Shown: positions 39,752-49,632 of the stretch, piece by piece | Position numbering within the stretch: the stretch's first letter is position 1 | How the letters are laid out: each line of letters begins with the position of its first letter | DNA from: Anaerolineaceae bacterium | GTDB lineage: Bacteria; Chloroflexota; Anaerolineae; Anaerolineales; Villigracilaceae | Direction: 5' to 3' | Assembly (NCBI GenBank): GCA_009885525.1 | Contig: VFKN01000077.1 | Span: 5,779 to 69,778, forward strand | Length of the DNA stretch: 64,000 nt | Program-made: the position numbers and the translations under genes | Notes under the pieces: model-generated | What the model was told of the DNA's origin: nothing | Seen by the model: only the letters and a program-made list of their open reading frames with translations | Databases searched by the model: none

Positions 39752-40624
39752 TTAGTTTGCTCTTCCCCATGCCGTTTGAAACACATCCTTAAACAATCCC
39801 TCAACGATATGACGACGATAATCCGCGCTGGCTCGGCGTGGACTGGAACGGAAACCAATATGCGCGAGAATCGACTCCAGCGCGATTTTAATCGTCTCTT
39901 CATTCATAGGTCTGCCCACTAATATTTTCTCAGTATCGCGCGCGCGCCATGGGGTTGGAGCGCCGGGTCCAATGGCAACGCGGATATCTTTGATCAAATC
40001 ATCTTCACGTTCAAGCCAAATAGCAACATTGATAATCGGCAGCGCAACGCCCTGCGGACGCATAATCCGCTTGAAGCATGAACCTTGATGTTCCTGTTTT
40101 AGCGGCAGATAAAAGCCAACGAGTATTTCTTCGCCTTGTTTGATGGAAGATTTTCCGGGGCCCACAAACAACTCATTGAACGGAATTCTGCGCGTGCCGT
40201 GAATGCCTGCGATCTCGGCTTCAGCGTTGAGCGCGGTGAGCGCAATGGTTCCATCCGCGGCGGGGAGCGCGTGGGCGACGTTGCCGCCGAGCGTAGCCAC
40301 GTTGCGGACTTGCGGACCGGCGATCAAGTTTCCGGCTTCGATCAAGGCTTGCGCGTGCTGATTCACTTGCGGGTCGGCAACGACGCGGTTGACCGCTATC
40401 CCGGCGCCGATGAATAATCTGTCGCCGCGAATCTCGATGGCAAGCATCTCTGCGATTCCCGTCACATCAATTAAAGTTTGCACGGCTTCGTGTCTGCCTT
40501 GTTCGAGGTCGAGCATTAAATCCGTGCCGCCTGCAATGGGCGCGAGCGGTTTGGGTGCGGTGGAAAGTGCTGCGACTGCTTCCGATAAATTTTTAGGTTG
40601 AAGATAATTTTGCCAGTTGCTCAT
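39752..40624 (-). CDS. Xanthine dehydrogenase-family FAD-binding subunit (CoxM/XdhB-like)
   Basis: IAGGTDL, IAGPQVRNVATLGGN and ALPAAD motifs. Confidence 0.9.
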   Translation of the reverse strand: MSNWQNYLQPKNLSEAVAALSTAPKPLAPIAGGTDLMLDLEQGRHEAVQTLIDVTGIAEMLAIEIRGDRLFIGAGIAVNRVVADPQVNQHAQALIEAGNLIAGPQVRNVATLGGNVAHALPAADGTIALTALNAEAEIAGIHGTRRIPFNELFVGPGKSSIKQGEEILVGFYLPLKQEHQGSCFKRIMRPQGVALPIINVAIWLEREDDLIKDIRVAIGPGAPTPWRARDTEKILVGRPMNEETIKIALESILAHIGFRSSPRRASADYRRHIVEGLFKDVFQTAWGRAN

Positions 40625-40645
40625 ATTAATTCCTTTGAAAGATAA

Positions 40646-40742
40646 AGACCTGACAGGTTTCCGCAGAGTTCTGTTTAACCGAGTCGATTCTAATTCACAA
40701 GAGCTGTGATTGACTCAGGCTGCAATGAAACCTGTCAGGTCT
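40646..40742. repeat. REP-like palindrome (AGACCTGACAGGTTT family)
   Basis: Perfect 15-bp IR AGACCTGACAGGTTT / AAACCTGTCAGGTCT with a partly self-complementary spacer. Confidence 0.8.
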
Positions 40743-40749
40743 GTTGTTT

Positions 40750-42297
40750 CTACTCGGGATGGACGCCCGCCATCAACAAGCCGAGCCTTTGCGGCGTGGC
40801 TTCGCTGCGCGGAACGATGTCCATGACGCTGCCTTCGTAGATCACTGCAATGCGATCTGAAAGCGCGAGAATTTCATCGAGGTCTTCTGAGATAAGTATA
40901 ATCGCTGTGCCTTGTTTGCGTTGTTCAAGCAATTGCTCGCGGACATATTCTGTCGCGCCGATATCCAATCCGCGCGTGGGCTGCGCGGCGATGATGACGC
41001 GCGGGCTGCGCGAAATTTCGCGCGCGAGTACGATCTTCTGAATATTGCCGCCCGAAAGATTCTTGGCAAGCGTTTCCTGTGATGGAGTCTTGACATGGAA
41101 TTTTTTGATGAGCATATCCGCATTGCTTGAAATATTTTTTAGATTCAAAAATCCATAGCGCGAGTATGGTTCCTTGTGATGTTCGCGCAGGATCATATTT
41201 TCGGCGACCGTAAAATCTTTGATCATGCCGTCGCGCATTCTTTCTTCCGGAATATAAGATAACATGCGCTCGGTAATTTCTGCGGGCGGGAGATTGGTGA
41301 TATCCGCGTTTTCAAGCGTGACTTTACCGCCGGTGATTTTTCTTAAGCCGGTGACTGCATCCGCCAATTCGCGCTGACCGTTGCCGGATACGCCCGCGAT
41401 GCCAAGAATTTCTCCCGAATGAATATCAAGGCTCACGCCGCGCAGACCGGGCGTGCCGCGGTCACTTCCGCATTGGACATTTTCCAGTTTGAGTCGAACT
41501 TCTCCGCGCTGGACATTTCCGCGATCGGGGGTGAATCCAACTTCGCGTCCGACCATCCAGTTGGCGAGGTCTTGCTTGGTGGTCTCGGATGTCGGGCGCG
41601 TGCCGATCATCCTGCCGTCGCGCAGCACGCTGACGCGCTGGCAAATCTCGACCACTTCATGTAATTTGTGGGAAATAAAAATAAGCGCGTGACCGTCTTT
41701 GGTCATCTGGCGCATGATGACAAATAATTCATCCACTTCCTGCGGCGTTAATACCGCAGTGGGTTCATCCAAAATAAGTAAAGCGGCGCCGCGATAAAGC
41801 GCCTTAATAATTTCAATACGCTGCTGCTGTCCCACTGAGAGCTGCCAGACATACGCGGATGGATCGATCCGCAAGCCGTAAATATCGGCGAGTTCGAGAA
41901 TCCGTTTTGAGACGGCGTCGAGATCGGTGAGCGGTCCGCGCGAGGAGGGTAAACCCAACGCGACATTTTCCGCGACGGTGAGTGATGGCACGAGCATAAA
42001 ATGCTGATGGATCATGCCGATGCCGAGGTTGATCGAATCTGTTGGCGATGAAATGTGAACGGGTTTGCCGTTCAGCAAAATCTCGCCTTCATCAGGATGA
42101 TACAAGCCGTAGACGGTTTTCATCAACGTGCTTTTGCCCGCGCCATTTTCACCCAGCAAAGCGTGGACTTCGCCGGCCTTCACATCAAAGTTGACGTGGT
42201 CATTGGCAAGCACGCCGGGGAAACGTTTGGTGATTCCGCGCAGCTCGAGGCTGTCGATACGCGGTTTACCGGAGGGGAGTATGTTTGATTCGGGCAT
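40750..42297 (-). CDS. Nucleoside/sugar ABC transporter ATP-binding protein (tandem NBD)
   Basis: GENGAGKST, GMIHQHF, LSVGQQQR and LSGGNIQK. Confidence 0.92.
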   Translation of the reverse strand: MPESNILPSGKPRIDSLELRGITKRFPGVLANDHVNFDVKAGEVHALLGENGAGKSTLMKTVYGLYHPDEGEILLNGKPVHISSPTDSINLGIGMIHQHFMLVPSLTVAENVALGLPSSRGPLTDLDAVSKRILELADIYGLRIDPSAYVWQLSVGQQQRIEIIKALYRGAALLILDEPTAVLTPQEVDELFVIMRQMTKDGHALIFISHKLHEVVEICQRVSVLRDGRMIGTRPTSETTKQDLANWMVGREVGFTPDRGNVQRGEVRLKLENVQCGSDRGTPGLRGVSLDIHSGEILGIAGVSGNGQRELADAVTGLRKITGGKVTLENADITNLPPAEITERMLSYIPEERMRDGMIKDFTVAENMILREHHKEPYSRYGFLNLKNISSNADMLIKKFHVKTPSQETLAKNLSGGNIQKIVLAREISRSPRVIIAAQPTRGLDIGATEYVREQLLEQRKQGTAIILISEDLDEILALSDRIAVIYEGSVMDIVPRSEATPQRLGLLMAGVHPE

Positions 42298-42317
42298 GGC
42301 ATCATCCTGTTTAGACT

Positions 42318-42402
42318 CGCCCTCACCCCTAACCCCTCTCCCAAAGGGAGAGGGGAATCGGACTCCCTTCCCCCTTTGGGGGAAGGGCTGGGGATGAGGG
42401 CG
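42318..42402. repeat. REP-like palindrome (CCCTCACCCC family)
   Basis: CCCTCACCCCTAACCCCTCTCCC..GGGAGAGGGG...CCCTTCCCC..GGGGAAGGG.TGGGGATGAGGG. Confidence 0.85.
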
Positions 42403-42410
42403 CGTACTAA

Positions 42411-43415
42411 TTACTCAACTGTGATCTTAATGCTTCCGTCGATGATTCCTTTGATGGCAGCATCGCCCAAGGCTTTGGCATCTGCGGAAAGAGAATAGTC
42501 GGGGTTGAATTCCATCACTTCGCCGCCATTCTTGAGGTTGATGGAGAAGGACTTTCCGCCTAACGTACCGGCCTGGATGAGTCCGATCATTTCCTTAAGA
42601 ATAATTTCCCAGTGATAGACCTGGCTGACGACTACGATCGAGGGCGCCAGAGAGGATTGATTGGCATCGCTGGCGAACCAGAGAACATTGCTCTCTTTGG
42701 CTTTACCGATTGCGCCCACCACCATCTGCGCGGTTCCGGAGAGAACATCAGCGCCGTTGGAGATGTGAGTGCTGGCGGCTTCAGAGGCGAGGGCTACATC
42801 CGAGAAAGAGCCGATGTAGTTGACGTTGACCTTAACCGCGGCATCAGTCGCTGCTACGCCTTGCTTGAAACCTTCCACGTAAAGTTTCGCGTCACCGGTT
42901 TCGATCGGAGCGACGATACCGATGACCTTGCTTGTGGAAAGAGCAGCCGCAAGCACGCCATTCACATAACCACCTTCATGAGAAGCGGCTTCATAAGCGA
43001 AGATATTGGGCTGTCCAAATGTATCCACGGTTGTGCCCCATGCAAAACTGGTCTTGGGGAAATCGGGGGCGATCTCTTGCAGGGATGAACCATACTGCGA
43101 GCCGTGCGCGATGATCAGGTTGAAACCCTTTGAAGCATAATCGCGGATGGCGGCGGCGGCATCATCTACAACGAACATGCCTTCGGAAAATACGAACTCG
43201 AACTTATCGGCGCCCATATCGTTTTGAACGGCGACCAGGGCATCGTACATGCTCTGGCTGAAAGCCATATCATTTTTGGCGCTGGGCAAAATAACTGCCA
43301 CGCGGAATTTCTCTGCGGCTGTTGAGCCTCCCGCCGGAGCTGCCGCTCCGCCGCACGCGCTGAGCATCAACGCGAGGGCAAGTACAAACGTAACGAACCA
43401 GGTAAATTTTTTCAT
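42411..43415 (-). CDS. BMP family purine nucleoside-binding lipoprotein
   Basis: Lipobox LSAC and BMP/PnrA-like pattern (D.AFSQ, IIAHGSQYG, GSFSD). Confidence 0.88.
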   Translation of the reverse strand: MKKFTWFVTFVLALALMLSACGGAAAPAGGSTAAEKFRVAVILPSAKNDMAFSQSMYDALVAVQNDMGADKFEFVFSEGMFVVDDAAAAIRDYASKGFNLIIAHGSQYGSSLQEIAPDFPKTSFAWGTTVDTFGQPNIFAYEAASHEGGYVNGVLAAALSTSKVIGIVAPIETGDAKLYVEGFKQGVAATDAAVKVNVNYIGSFSDVALASEAASTHISNGADVLSGTAQMVVGAIGKAKESNVLWFASDANQSSLAPSIVVVSQVYHWEIILKEMIGLIQAGTLGGKSFSINLKNGGEVMEFNPDYSLSADAKALGDAAIKGIIDGSIKITVE

Positions 43416-43437
43416 TTTTCTTTCTCCTTTTTGAAAT

Positions 43438-44370
43438 TTATTCTTCACGCTCAAAGGGCTTCGTCAACGCCGACGGAGCTCGAACCTTTGAAACGGTAGC
43501 AACCAAAACAAGAATGGTGAGAACATAAGGCATCATCACCGCGATCTCGGAGGGGATGGGAACACCGAGCACTTGAATCCACAACTGCAGCGAGTTGACC
43601 ATGCTGAACAACAACGCGCCGATCAAAACTCCGAAAGGACGCCACGCGCCGAAGTACACCAGCGCCACCGCGATAAATCCCAGCCCGCTGGTCATGTTCT
43701 GCTGGAAGACATTCAACAGCGCGATGGAAAGCGACGCGCCCGCGACCCCGGAGAGAGTCCCACCGAGGATGATGGTGAAATAGCGCACGCGCGCCACACT
43801 CACCCCAAGCGAATCAGCCGCGTCGGGGTTTTCTCCCACCGCGCGGATCTTCAATCCCAGGTTTGTTTTATTCAACACGAACCACGCCACAAGAACGAGA
43901 AGATACGCGCCATACACAAGAATATTGTGATTGAAAAATATATCCCCGATCCCCGGAATATCACTTAAGAAGGGAATGCCTATTTTGGGAAATCCCTGAA
44001 CCGTACGCACCGTGCCCATCATCTTTTGAAAAAGCAGGTCGCTCATCCCCAGACCAAAAAGATAAAAGCCGATGCCGCTGATGCCCTGCTGCGCGTGCAA
44101 GTTGACCGTGACGAATGCCATCGCCAACCCCATCACTGCGCCGACGATCATGGCGGCAAGCACGCCGAGCCAAAGGCTGCCGGTGTTCATAGCCACATAA
44201 AACGCAGTGAACGCGCCGAGCAGCATCTGCCCTTCCACGCCGAGATTCAACACGCCGCTGCGCTGTCCAAAAGTTTCGCCGATGGAAGCATATAAATACG
44301 GCGTTGCCAGGCGAACGCCCGACGATAATATCCCGATCAAAACGGTCATGGTAAAGAGTTCTGAGATCAT
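43438..44370 (-). CDS. Nucleoside ABC transporter permease
   Basis: RSGVLNLGVEGQM, RAVGENP.AA and G.GFIAVA motifs. Confidence 0.9.
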   Translation of the reverse strand: MISELFTMTVLIGILSSGVRLATPYLYASIGETFGQRSGVLNLGVEGQMLLGAFTAFYVAMNTGSLWLGVLAAMIVGAVMGLAMAFVTVNLHAQQGISGIGFYLFGLGMSDLLFQKMMGTVRTVQGFPKIGIPFLSDIPGIGDIFFNHNILVYGAYLLVLVAWFVLNKTNLGLKIRAVGENPDAADSLGVSVARVRYFTIILGGTLSGVAGASLSIALLNVFQQNMTSGLGFIAVALVYFGAWRPFGVLIGALLFSMVNSLQLWIQVLGVPIPSEIAVMMPYVLTILVLVATVSKVRAPSALTKPFEREE

Positions 44371-45509
44371 GCGCTTGCCTCCGCGGGTTGTGATGTTTTA
44401 TCAGGCGGAGCGTCATCCATCTTTGCGTGCGCCAAACGTTGACGCTGTCTTCTGCGGCGCAAAAATTCACTGCTGACCACGAAGACGACCACCAACCCAT
44501 TCAACGCCGTAATCAACGCGGATGGAACCTGCACCACGCGCTGCATTTGATTCGCGCCCACGAGCAGCGCGCCAAATAATATCGACGCGGGAATCGACCA
44601 GAGCGGATGCAGCTGCCCGAACAGCGCCGCAACAATCCCATTGAATCCCGCGTTGCCCGTAAAGCCGGAAGCCGAGCCATCCGTGATCATGCGGTAGTTG
44701 ACTCCATACACTTGAATTGCGCCAGCCAGCCCCGCGAATGCGCCGCTCAACAGCAGCGACATGACGATGTAACGCGGAACTTTAATCCCCGCATAACGCG
44801 AAGCCAGCGGATTCATTCCCACCGCGCGGATGCGATATCCGAGTGTGGTGCGCCACAATAAAATATAAACAAGAATCGCGAGAATAACCGCGATCAACAC
44901 GCCGAGATGCAAACGGGTGGGCGACCAGCGCGCCAAACGAAAGGCTTCGATCAACCTTGCTGTTTGCGGAATCTTGGAAGCCTTTGCCGCCTGTATGGGA
45001 TCGAGCATCGGTCCGCGCATCATGAAGTTCATGATCTGCACGGCGATGGCGTTCATCATCACGGTGCTTAAGATTTCATTGACGTTGAAATATGCCTTAA
45101 GATAACCTGGAATTCCGCCCCAAATTGCGCCGCCCAAAAAGCCCGCCAACAGCGCCAATGTGATCGCCAGCCAGCCGGGCAGCCCCGTGAATGTCAACCC
45201 GATCCATGTTGCGAGGATGCCGCCGATGATCATCTGCCCTTCGCCGCCGATGTTGATCACATCGCCGCGAAACGAAATGCAGATGCCCAATCCCACCAGC
45301 AGCAAAGGCGTGGCTTTGACCAGCGTCTCAGCAAAGGCATTGCCGCTGCCAAAAGCGCCATCCCAAAGAGCCTTGTATGCCACAATGGGATTGACTCCCA
45401 AAAAGAGCAGCATAACCGCGCCAATGATCAATGCGGCCAGCGTTGCAAAGACGGGCAAAAGCGCATCAATTAAGCGAGACATCCATTCGCTTTGTAAAAA
45501 TTTTTTCAT
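44367..45509 (-). CDS. Nucleoside ABC transporter permease
   Basis: NIGGEGQ, NEILSTVMMN and GFNGIVAA motifs. Confidence 0.9.
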   Translation of the reverse strand: MKKFLQSEWMSRLIDALLPVFATLAALIIGAVMLLFLGVNPIVAYKALWDGAFGSGNAFAETLVKATPLLLVGLGICISFRGDVINIGGEGQMIIGGILATWIGLTFTGLPGWLAITLALLAGFLGGAIWGGIPGYLKAYFNVNEILSTVMMNAIAVQIMNFMMRGPMLDPIQAAKASKIPQTARLIEAFRLARWSPTRLHLGVLIAVILAILVYILLWRTTLGYRIRAVGMNPLASRYAGIKVPRYIVMSLLLSGAFAGLAGAIQVYGVNYRMITDGSASGFTGNAGFNGIVAALFGQLHPLWSIPASILFGALLVGANQMQRVVQVPSALITALNGLVVVFVVSSEFLRRRRQRQRLAHAKMDDAPPDKTSQPAEASA

Positions 45510-45558
45510 AGTGAACCGCCGATGTTTTTATTTCGAGATTGCTCTCGATCAATATATA

Positions 45559-45573
45559 CCAGGACGTCCACAC
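45559..45573. promoter_or_regulatory. Candidate operator upstream of second ABC operon
   Basis: CCAGGACGTCCACAC matches TCAGGTCATCCAAAC (50968-50982) at 11/15 positions. It abuts a TATATT -10-like hexamer on the minus strand. Confidence 0.35.
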
Positions 45574-45595
45574 CAATAAAGTTTTTCTTACGTCA

Positions 45596-45718
45596 GTCAC
45601 GTTATGCAGTTTTGCGTATTTTAGGGCATGTCACCCTGAGCGCTAGCGAAGGGTCTCTACGACTATCTCAGAGACCCTTCGCTCCGCTCAGGGAATCATG
45701 CGCGGTGCGTAAGGTAAG
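45596..45718. mobile_element. Degenerate MITE-like element (123 bp) with TGTCACCCTGAGCG REP cargo
   Basis: IRs GTCACGTTATGCA / TGCGTAAGGTAAG, the same end family as 26257. Flanking TTACGTCA/TTACATCA repeat has one mismatch. Confidence 0.6.
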
Positions 45719-45735
45719 TTACATCAATCTTTTTT

Positions 45736-45772
45736 ACAGGGAGGTTTACGCGTAAAGCGCAAACCTCCCTGT
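45736..45772 (-). terminator. Probable intrinsic terminator
   Basis: ACAGGGAGGTTT / AAACCTCCCTGT hairpin just after the permease stop. Confidence 0.6.
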
Positions 45773-45787
45773 TTCTCAAATCAAATT

Positions 45788-46756
45788 CTATTTTCCGCGC
45801 TCACCGCGAACGTAAGGATTGCCCAAGGCAGCCGGCGCGCCGATGCGTTTGCGCATGGCTTCACGCGAACCGATCACCAGCACAACCACGGTGAAAAGAT
45901 AAGGCAGCATTTGCAGGAAGAAACCGAGATACGGATTGTAGTAAAAAGGATTCGCAAATCCAAGCAAAAGCACTGGCCCTTGAATATCGAGGATAAGGCG
46001 GCGCAGCGCGCCGAACGCATACGCGCCCACCGCCGCGCGGATCGGGTCCCACTGCGCGAAGATCACCAATCCAATCGCGATCCAACCCTGCCCGCCCGTG
46101 GTGAGTTCGCTGAACCATCCCGGCGAAACCGCGAGACTGATGGTTGCGCCCGCCAAACCAGCCAGCATGCCGCCGACAAAAACATAAAAATAACGCTGTC
46201 GAAAAACGCTGATGCCGAGCGCATCCGCTGCGGATGGATATTCGCCGATGGCGCGCAAGTGCAAACCGGGGCGCGTGTGGTTAATGTAATACCACGACAA
46301 AGGAACGAGCAGGTATCCAATATAAACGAGTATGCTTTGGTCTGTAAAAAATATTTTCCCGATGATTGGAATTAAGGTCAGCAGCGGGATGGAGAAATTG
46401 GGCAGCAGAGAAACCGTACCGGCCTTGCTCAAACCTTCACCCAAAACCAAACTGATGCCTGTGCCGAGAAAGGTCAGTGAAAGCCCGCTAACAACTTGAT
46501 CCGCTTGCAGCGTGATGACAATGAACGCGTGGATCTGACTGATCAAACCCGCAAAAAGCATCGCCGCCAAAACCCCTATCCACGGGTTGCCCGTTGCGAT
46601 GGTGGTACTGAATGCGGTCATCGCGCCGATCAACATCATGCCTTCCACACCGAGGTTTAGCACACCGGCGCGCTCGGAGAATAATTCACCCAGCGTAGCG
46701 AACAGCAGCACAGTTCCGCTGGCGATCCCTGCCTGTAAGATGATCGTAAAATCCAT
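45788..46756 (-). CDS. Nucleoside ABC transporter permease
   Basis: ERAGVLNLGVEGMM and GQGWIAIGLV. Confidence 0.9.
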   Translation of the reverse strand: MDFTIILQAGIASGTVLLFATLGELFSERAGVLNLGVEGMMLIGAMTAFSTTIATGNPWIGVLAAMLFAGLISQIHAFIVITLQADQVVSGLSLTFLGTGISLVLGEGLSKAGTVSLLPNFSIPLLTLIPIIGKIFFTDQSILVYIGYLLVPLSWYYINHTRPGLHLRAIGEYPSAADALGISVFRQRYFYVFVGGMLAGLAGATISLAVSPGWFSELTTGGQGWIAIGLVIFAQWDPIRAAVGAYAFGALRRLILDIQGPVLLLGFANPFYYNPYLGFFLQMLPYLFTVVVLVIGSREAMRKRIGAPAALGNPYVRGERGK

Positions 46757-46758
46757 GA

Positions 46759-47880
46759 TTATTCCTCCTCGCGCGAGATGACGATGCGATAGCGCAACAG
46801 GAAATCACTGGCGATGAGACAGACGAGGATAATTCCCTGAATCATTTTGGGAACGCCCGAAGGCTGAATTTCACGCCCCGCGAGAATCAGCGCGCCAAAT
46901 AATATCGACACGAAGATGATCACCAGCGGATTTAACTTCGCCAGCCACGCCACGATGATGCCCGTAAAGCCGTAGCCCGCCGCGATCGGCGCTGTTTGCA
47001 AACGATGCACGACGCCCGAAATTTCAGACATGCCGCCCAAACCCGCCAGCGCGCCGGAGAGCATCATCACCCAAATTGTATTCTGTGTGATGTTAATGCC
47101 CGCGTATTGCGCCGCCTGTGGATTATCGCCGATCAAGCGAATCTCATATCCCCAGCGGCTGCGGAAAACGATCAGCCACAAGATGACAGCCGCGACGATG
47201 CCGATCAACAAACCGAGGTGAGTAGTCAACCCGCGAACAGCTGGGAATATCTTGGCGAATTCCAGCAGACGCGGCAGCGATGCGCCGTCTGGAAACTTGG
47301 GAGACATTTGAAAACCGCCTTCCGTCCACACGCCGAAGATCCAAAAGTTGACCCACGCCACCGCCACGTAATTTAACATCAACGTGCTGATGATCTCATT
47401 CACGTTAAATTTTGCTTTAAGATAACCGGGGATAAATCCCCAAGCCGCGCCCATTGCCATACCAGCCAACATCATCACGGGAATGAAAACCCAGCGCGAA
47501 GTATCCACAGGCAACACAGATGTCAGCACAACAGCGCTCGCGCCCCACGCGCCCATGATGAATTGCCCCTCCGCGCCGATATTCCACAACTTCATGCGGA
47601 ACGCCACCGAACATGCCAGCGCCGCCAAAATAATCGGCGTCGCTTTTACGATGGTATCTGAAAGCACACCGATATCGCCAAACGAAGCCTTGGCAATATG
47701 CTGATACGAACGCAGCGCGTCGCCGCCTGCCAGGGTGATCAAAATGCCGCCGAGGATTAAGGCCACGATCAGCGCGCCGAAAGAAACCAGCGGGGGATAC
47801 CACGCGGGGTTTTCATTCAAGCGCGGTTCAACGCGAATTCGGATCGGCATCTTTTGTTTAATAGAGGTTGATTCAGTCAT
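46759..47880 (-). CDS. Nucleoside ABC transporter permease
   Basis: WNIGAEGQ, NEIISTLMLNY and GFTGIIVAWLA. Confidence 0.9.
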   Translation of the reverse strand: MTESTSIKQKMPIRIRVEPRLNENPAWYPPLVSFGALIVALILGGILITLAGGDALRSYQHIAKASFGDIGVLSDTIVKATPIILAALACSVAFRMKLWNIGAEGQFIMGAWGASAVVLTSVLPVDTSRWVFIPVMMLAGMAMGAAWGFIPGYLKAKFNVNEIISTLMLNYVAVAWVNFWIFGVWTEGGFQMSPKFPDGASLPRLLEFAKIFPAVRGLTTHLGLLIGIVAAVILWLIVFRSRWGYEIRLIGDNPQAAQYAGINITQNTIWVMMLSGALAGLGGMSEISGVVHRLQTAPIAAGYGFTGIIVAWLAKLNPLVIIFVSILFGALILAGREIQPSGVPKMIQGIILVCLIASDFLLRYRIVISREEE

Positions 47881-49460
47881 TATGCAGCAGCTCCTTCTTT
47901 CAGGATTTGATCGAGCGGAGTGCCGGTCATCATCATTCCTATAGATTCGATCAAGGAGTGACTCGGTATTTTATCTACTATTTTTACCTCGCCCATGATC
48001 TTGCCTTCATAGATCACATACACCCGGTCGCTCAAGGCAAGCAACTCTTCCAACTCTTCTGAAACGAGCAAGACTGCCGCGCCGGCTTCGCGCTGTGCAA
48101 GCAGCAGCCTGTGCACGCCTTCGATCGCGCCGACATCCAGCCCGCGAGTAGGTTGCACCGCCACCATGAATGCCGGCAGCCCGGAGATTTCGCGCGCGAG
48201 AATCACGCGCTGCAAATTTCCTCCGGATAACAAGCGAACCGGCGTGGAAACGCTGGGAACAACAATCTCGTAAGCGATTCGTAATTCATTCGCAAGTTTG
48301 GTCGCGGCTTTCATATCCAGCAGCCCATTATGTGAGATCGGCTCTTTGCGATAATTCTTCATGATGACATTATCGGTGATGCTGAGGTTTGGCGCGCTGC
48401 CGACATGATTACGATCTTCGGGGACATACGCCATGCCATGTTGAATTCCAAATAATGTGTTGCGATTGCTGACCTTATCGCCGTTCAATAGCACTTCTCC
48501 CTGTTTACATTGACGCATCCCGGAGATGACCTGTGAAAGTTCGCTCTGCCCATTCCCGGCGATACCCGCCACACCGACGATCTCACCGGCGTGTACGTTG
48601 AGTGAAAGTCCACGCAACGCGGGCAAGCCTTTATCGTTTTCGGCATGCACGTCTTTTACATCCAGCACCAATTTACCTGCGTTGACGGGTTTCTTATCGA
48701 CAAAAAAGACGATCTCGCGTCCCACCATCAAACGCGCAAGTTCCTGTCGGCTGACACCTTTGGAGGCGACACCCGAGGCAGTCACTCTGCCGCTTCTAAG
48801 AACGGTGACACGGTCTGCGATCTCGCTGACTTCCTGTAATTTATGGCTGATAAAAATAACTGATTTCCCCTGGGCGATCATCGCGCGTAAAGTGACGAAT
48901 AGGCCTTCGATCTCCTGCGGCGCGAGTACGGCGGTCGGCTCATCCATCATGAGCACATTCACGCCGCGATAAAGCATTTTAAGAATTTCAACACGCTGTT
49001 GTTCCCCCACCGAGAGCTGCCAGATCTTCGCGCGCGGGTCTACCTTCAACCCGTAACTTTCGCCCAACTCCGCGATCTTGGAATCATATTCGGGCAGGCG
49101 CATAAAAAAGCGCGGTTCGTCCAATCCCAGCAAAATATTTTCAGTGACCGTTTGCGATGGCACCAGCATAAAATGCTGATGCACCATGCCGATCCCGGCT
49201 TTGATCGCGTCGCGCGGAGAGGAAAAAACCTTCGGCTCGCCGTTGACAAAGATCGTGCCAGCTTCCTGACGGTACAAACCAGCTAGCACGTTCATCAGCG
49301 TGCTTTTGCCGGCGCCGTTTTCGCCCAGCAAGCCGTGTATCTCGCCGTGCAGCAACTTAAAATCAACGTGGTCATTTGCCAATGTGCCCGGAAAGCGTTT
49401 GACAATGCCGCGCATTTCTACAATAAGGTTTTGTTCTGTTGAGGAGATTTGCTGTGTCAC
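47880..49460 (-). CDS. Nucleoside ABC transporter ATP-binding protein (tandem NBD)
   Basis: GENGAGKST, LSVGEQQR and LSGGNLQR. Confidence 0.92.
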   Translation of the reverse strand: MTQQISSTEQNLIVEMRGIVKRFPGTLANDHVDFKLLHGEIHGLLGENGAGKSTLMNVLAGLYRQEAGTIFVNGEPKVFSSPRDAIKAGIGMVHQHFMLVPSQTVTENILLGLDEPRFFMRLPEYDSKIAELGESYGLKVDPRAKIWQLSVGEQQRVEILKMLYRGVNVLMMDEPTAVLAPQEIEGLFVTLRAMIAQGKSVIFISHKLQEVSEIADRVTVLRSGRVTASGVASKGVSRQELARLMVGREIVFFVDKKPVNAGKLVLDVKDVHAENDKGLPALRGLSLNVHAGEIVGVAGIAGNGQSELSQVISGMRQCKQGEVLLNGDKVSNRNTLFGIQHGMAYVPEDRNHVGSAPNLSITDNVIMKNYRKEPISHNGLLDMKAATKLANELRIAYEIVVPSVSTPVRLLSGGNLQRVILAREISGLPAFMVAVQPTRGLDVGAIEGVHRLLLAQREAGAAVLLVSEELEELLALSDRVYVIYEGKIMGEVKIVDKIPSHSLIESIGMMMTGTPLDQILKEGAAA

Positions 49461-49489
49461 TGAATTACTCCTGCGGTAAATTCAAAAAA

Positions 49490-49572
49490 TTTAACACAAA
49501 GTCCACTAAGGAACACGAAGGAAGAACCAAGCGCTTATTAGCCTTTGTGTACTTTGTGTCCTTTGTGTTTAA
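49490..49572. repeat. REP-like palindrome (AACACAAAG family)
   Basis: TTAACACAAAG..CACTAAG..CACGAAG / CTTTGTG..CTTTGTG..CTTTGTGTTTAA. A related copy lies at 4335-4400. Confidence 0.7.
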
Positions 49573-49583
49573 ATATCTTTTAC

Positions 49584-49617
49584 AAAAAGGGCTAGAACCC
49601 CAAAGGAGTCCTAGCCC
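49584..49617 (-). terminator. Probable intrinsic terminator after BMP gene
   Basis: GGGCTAG / CTAGCCC stem with T-tract on the minus strand. Confidence 0.55.
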
Positions 49618-49632
49618 ATTATCAAATTAAGT

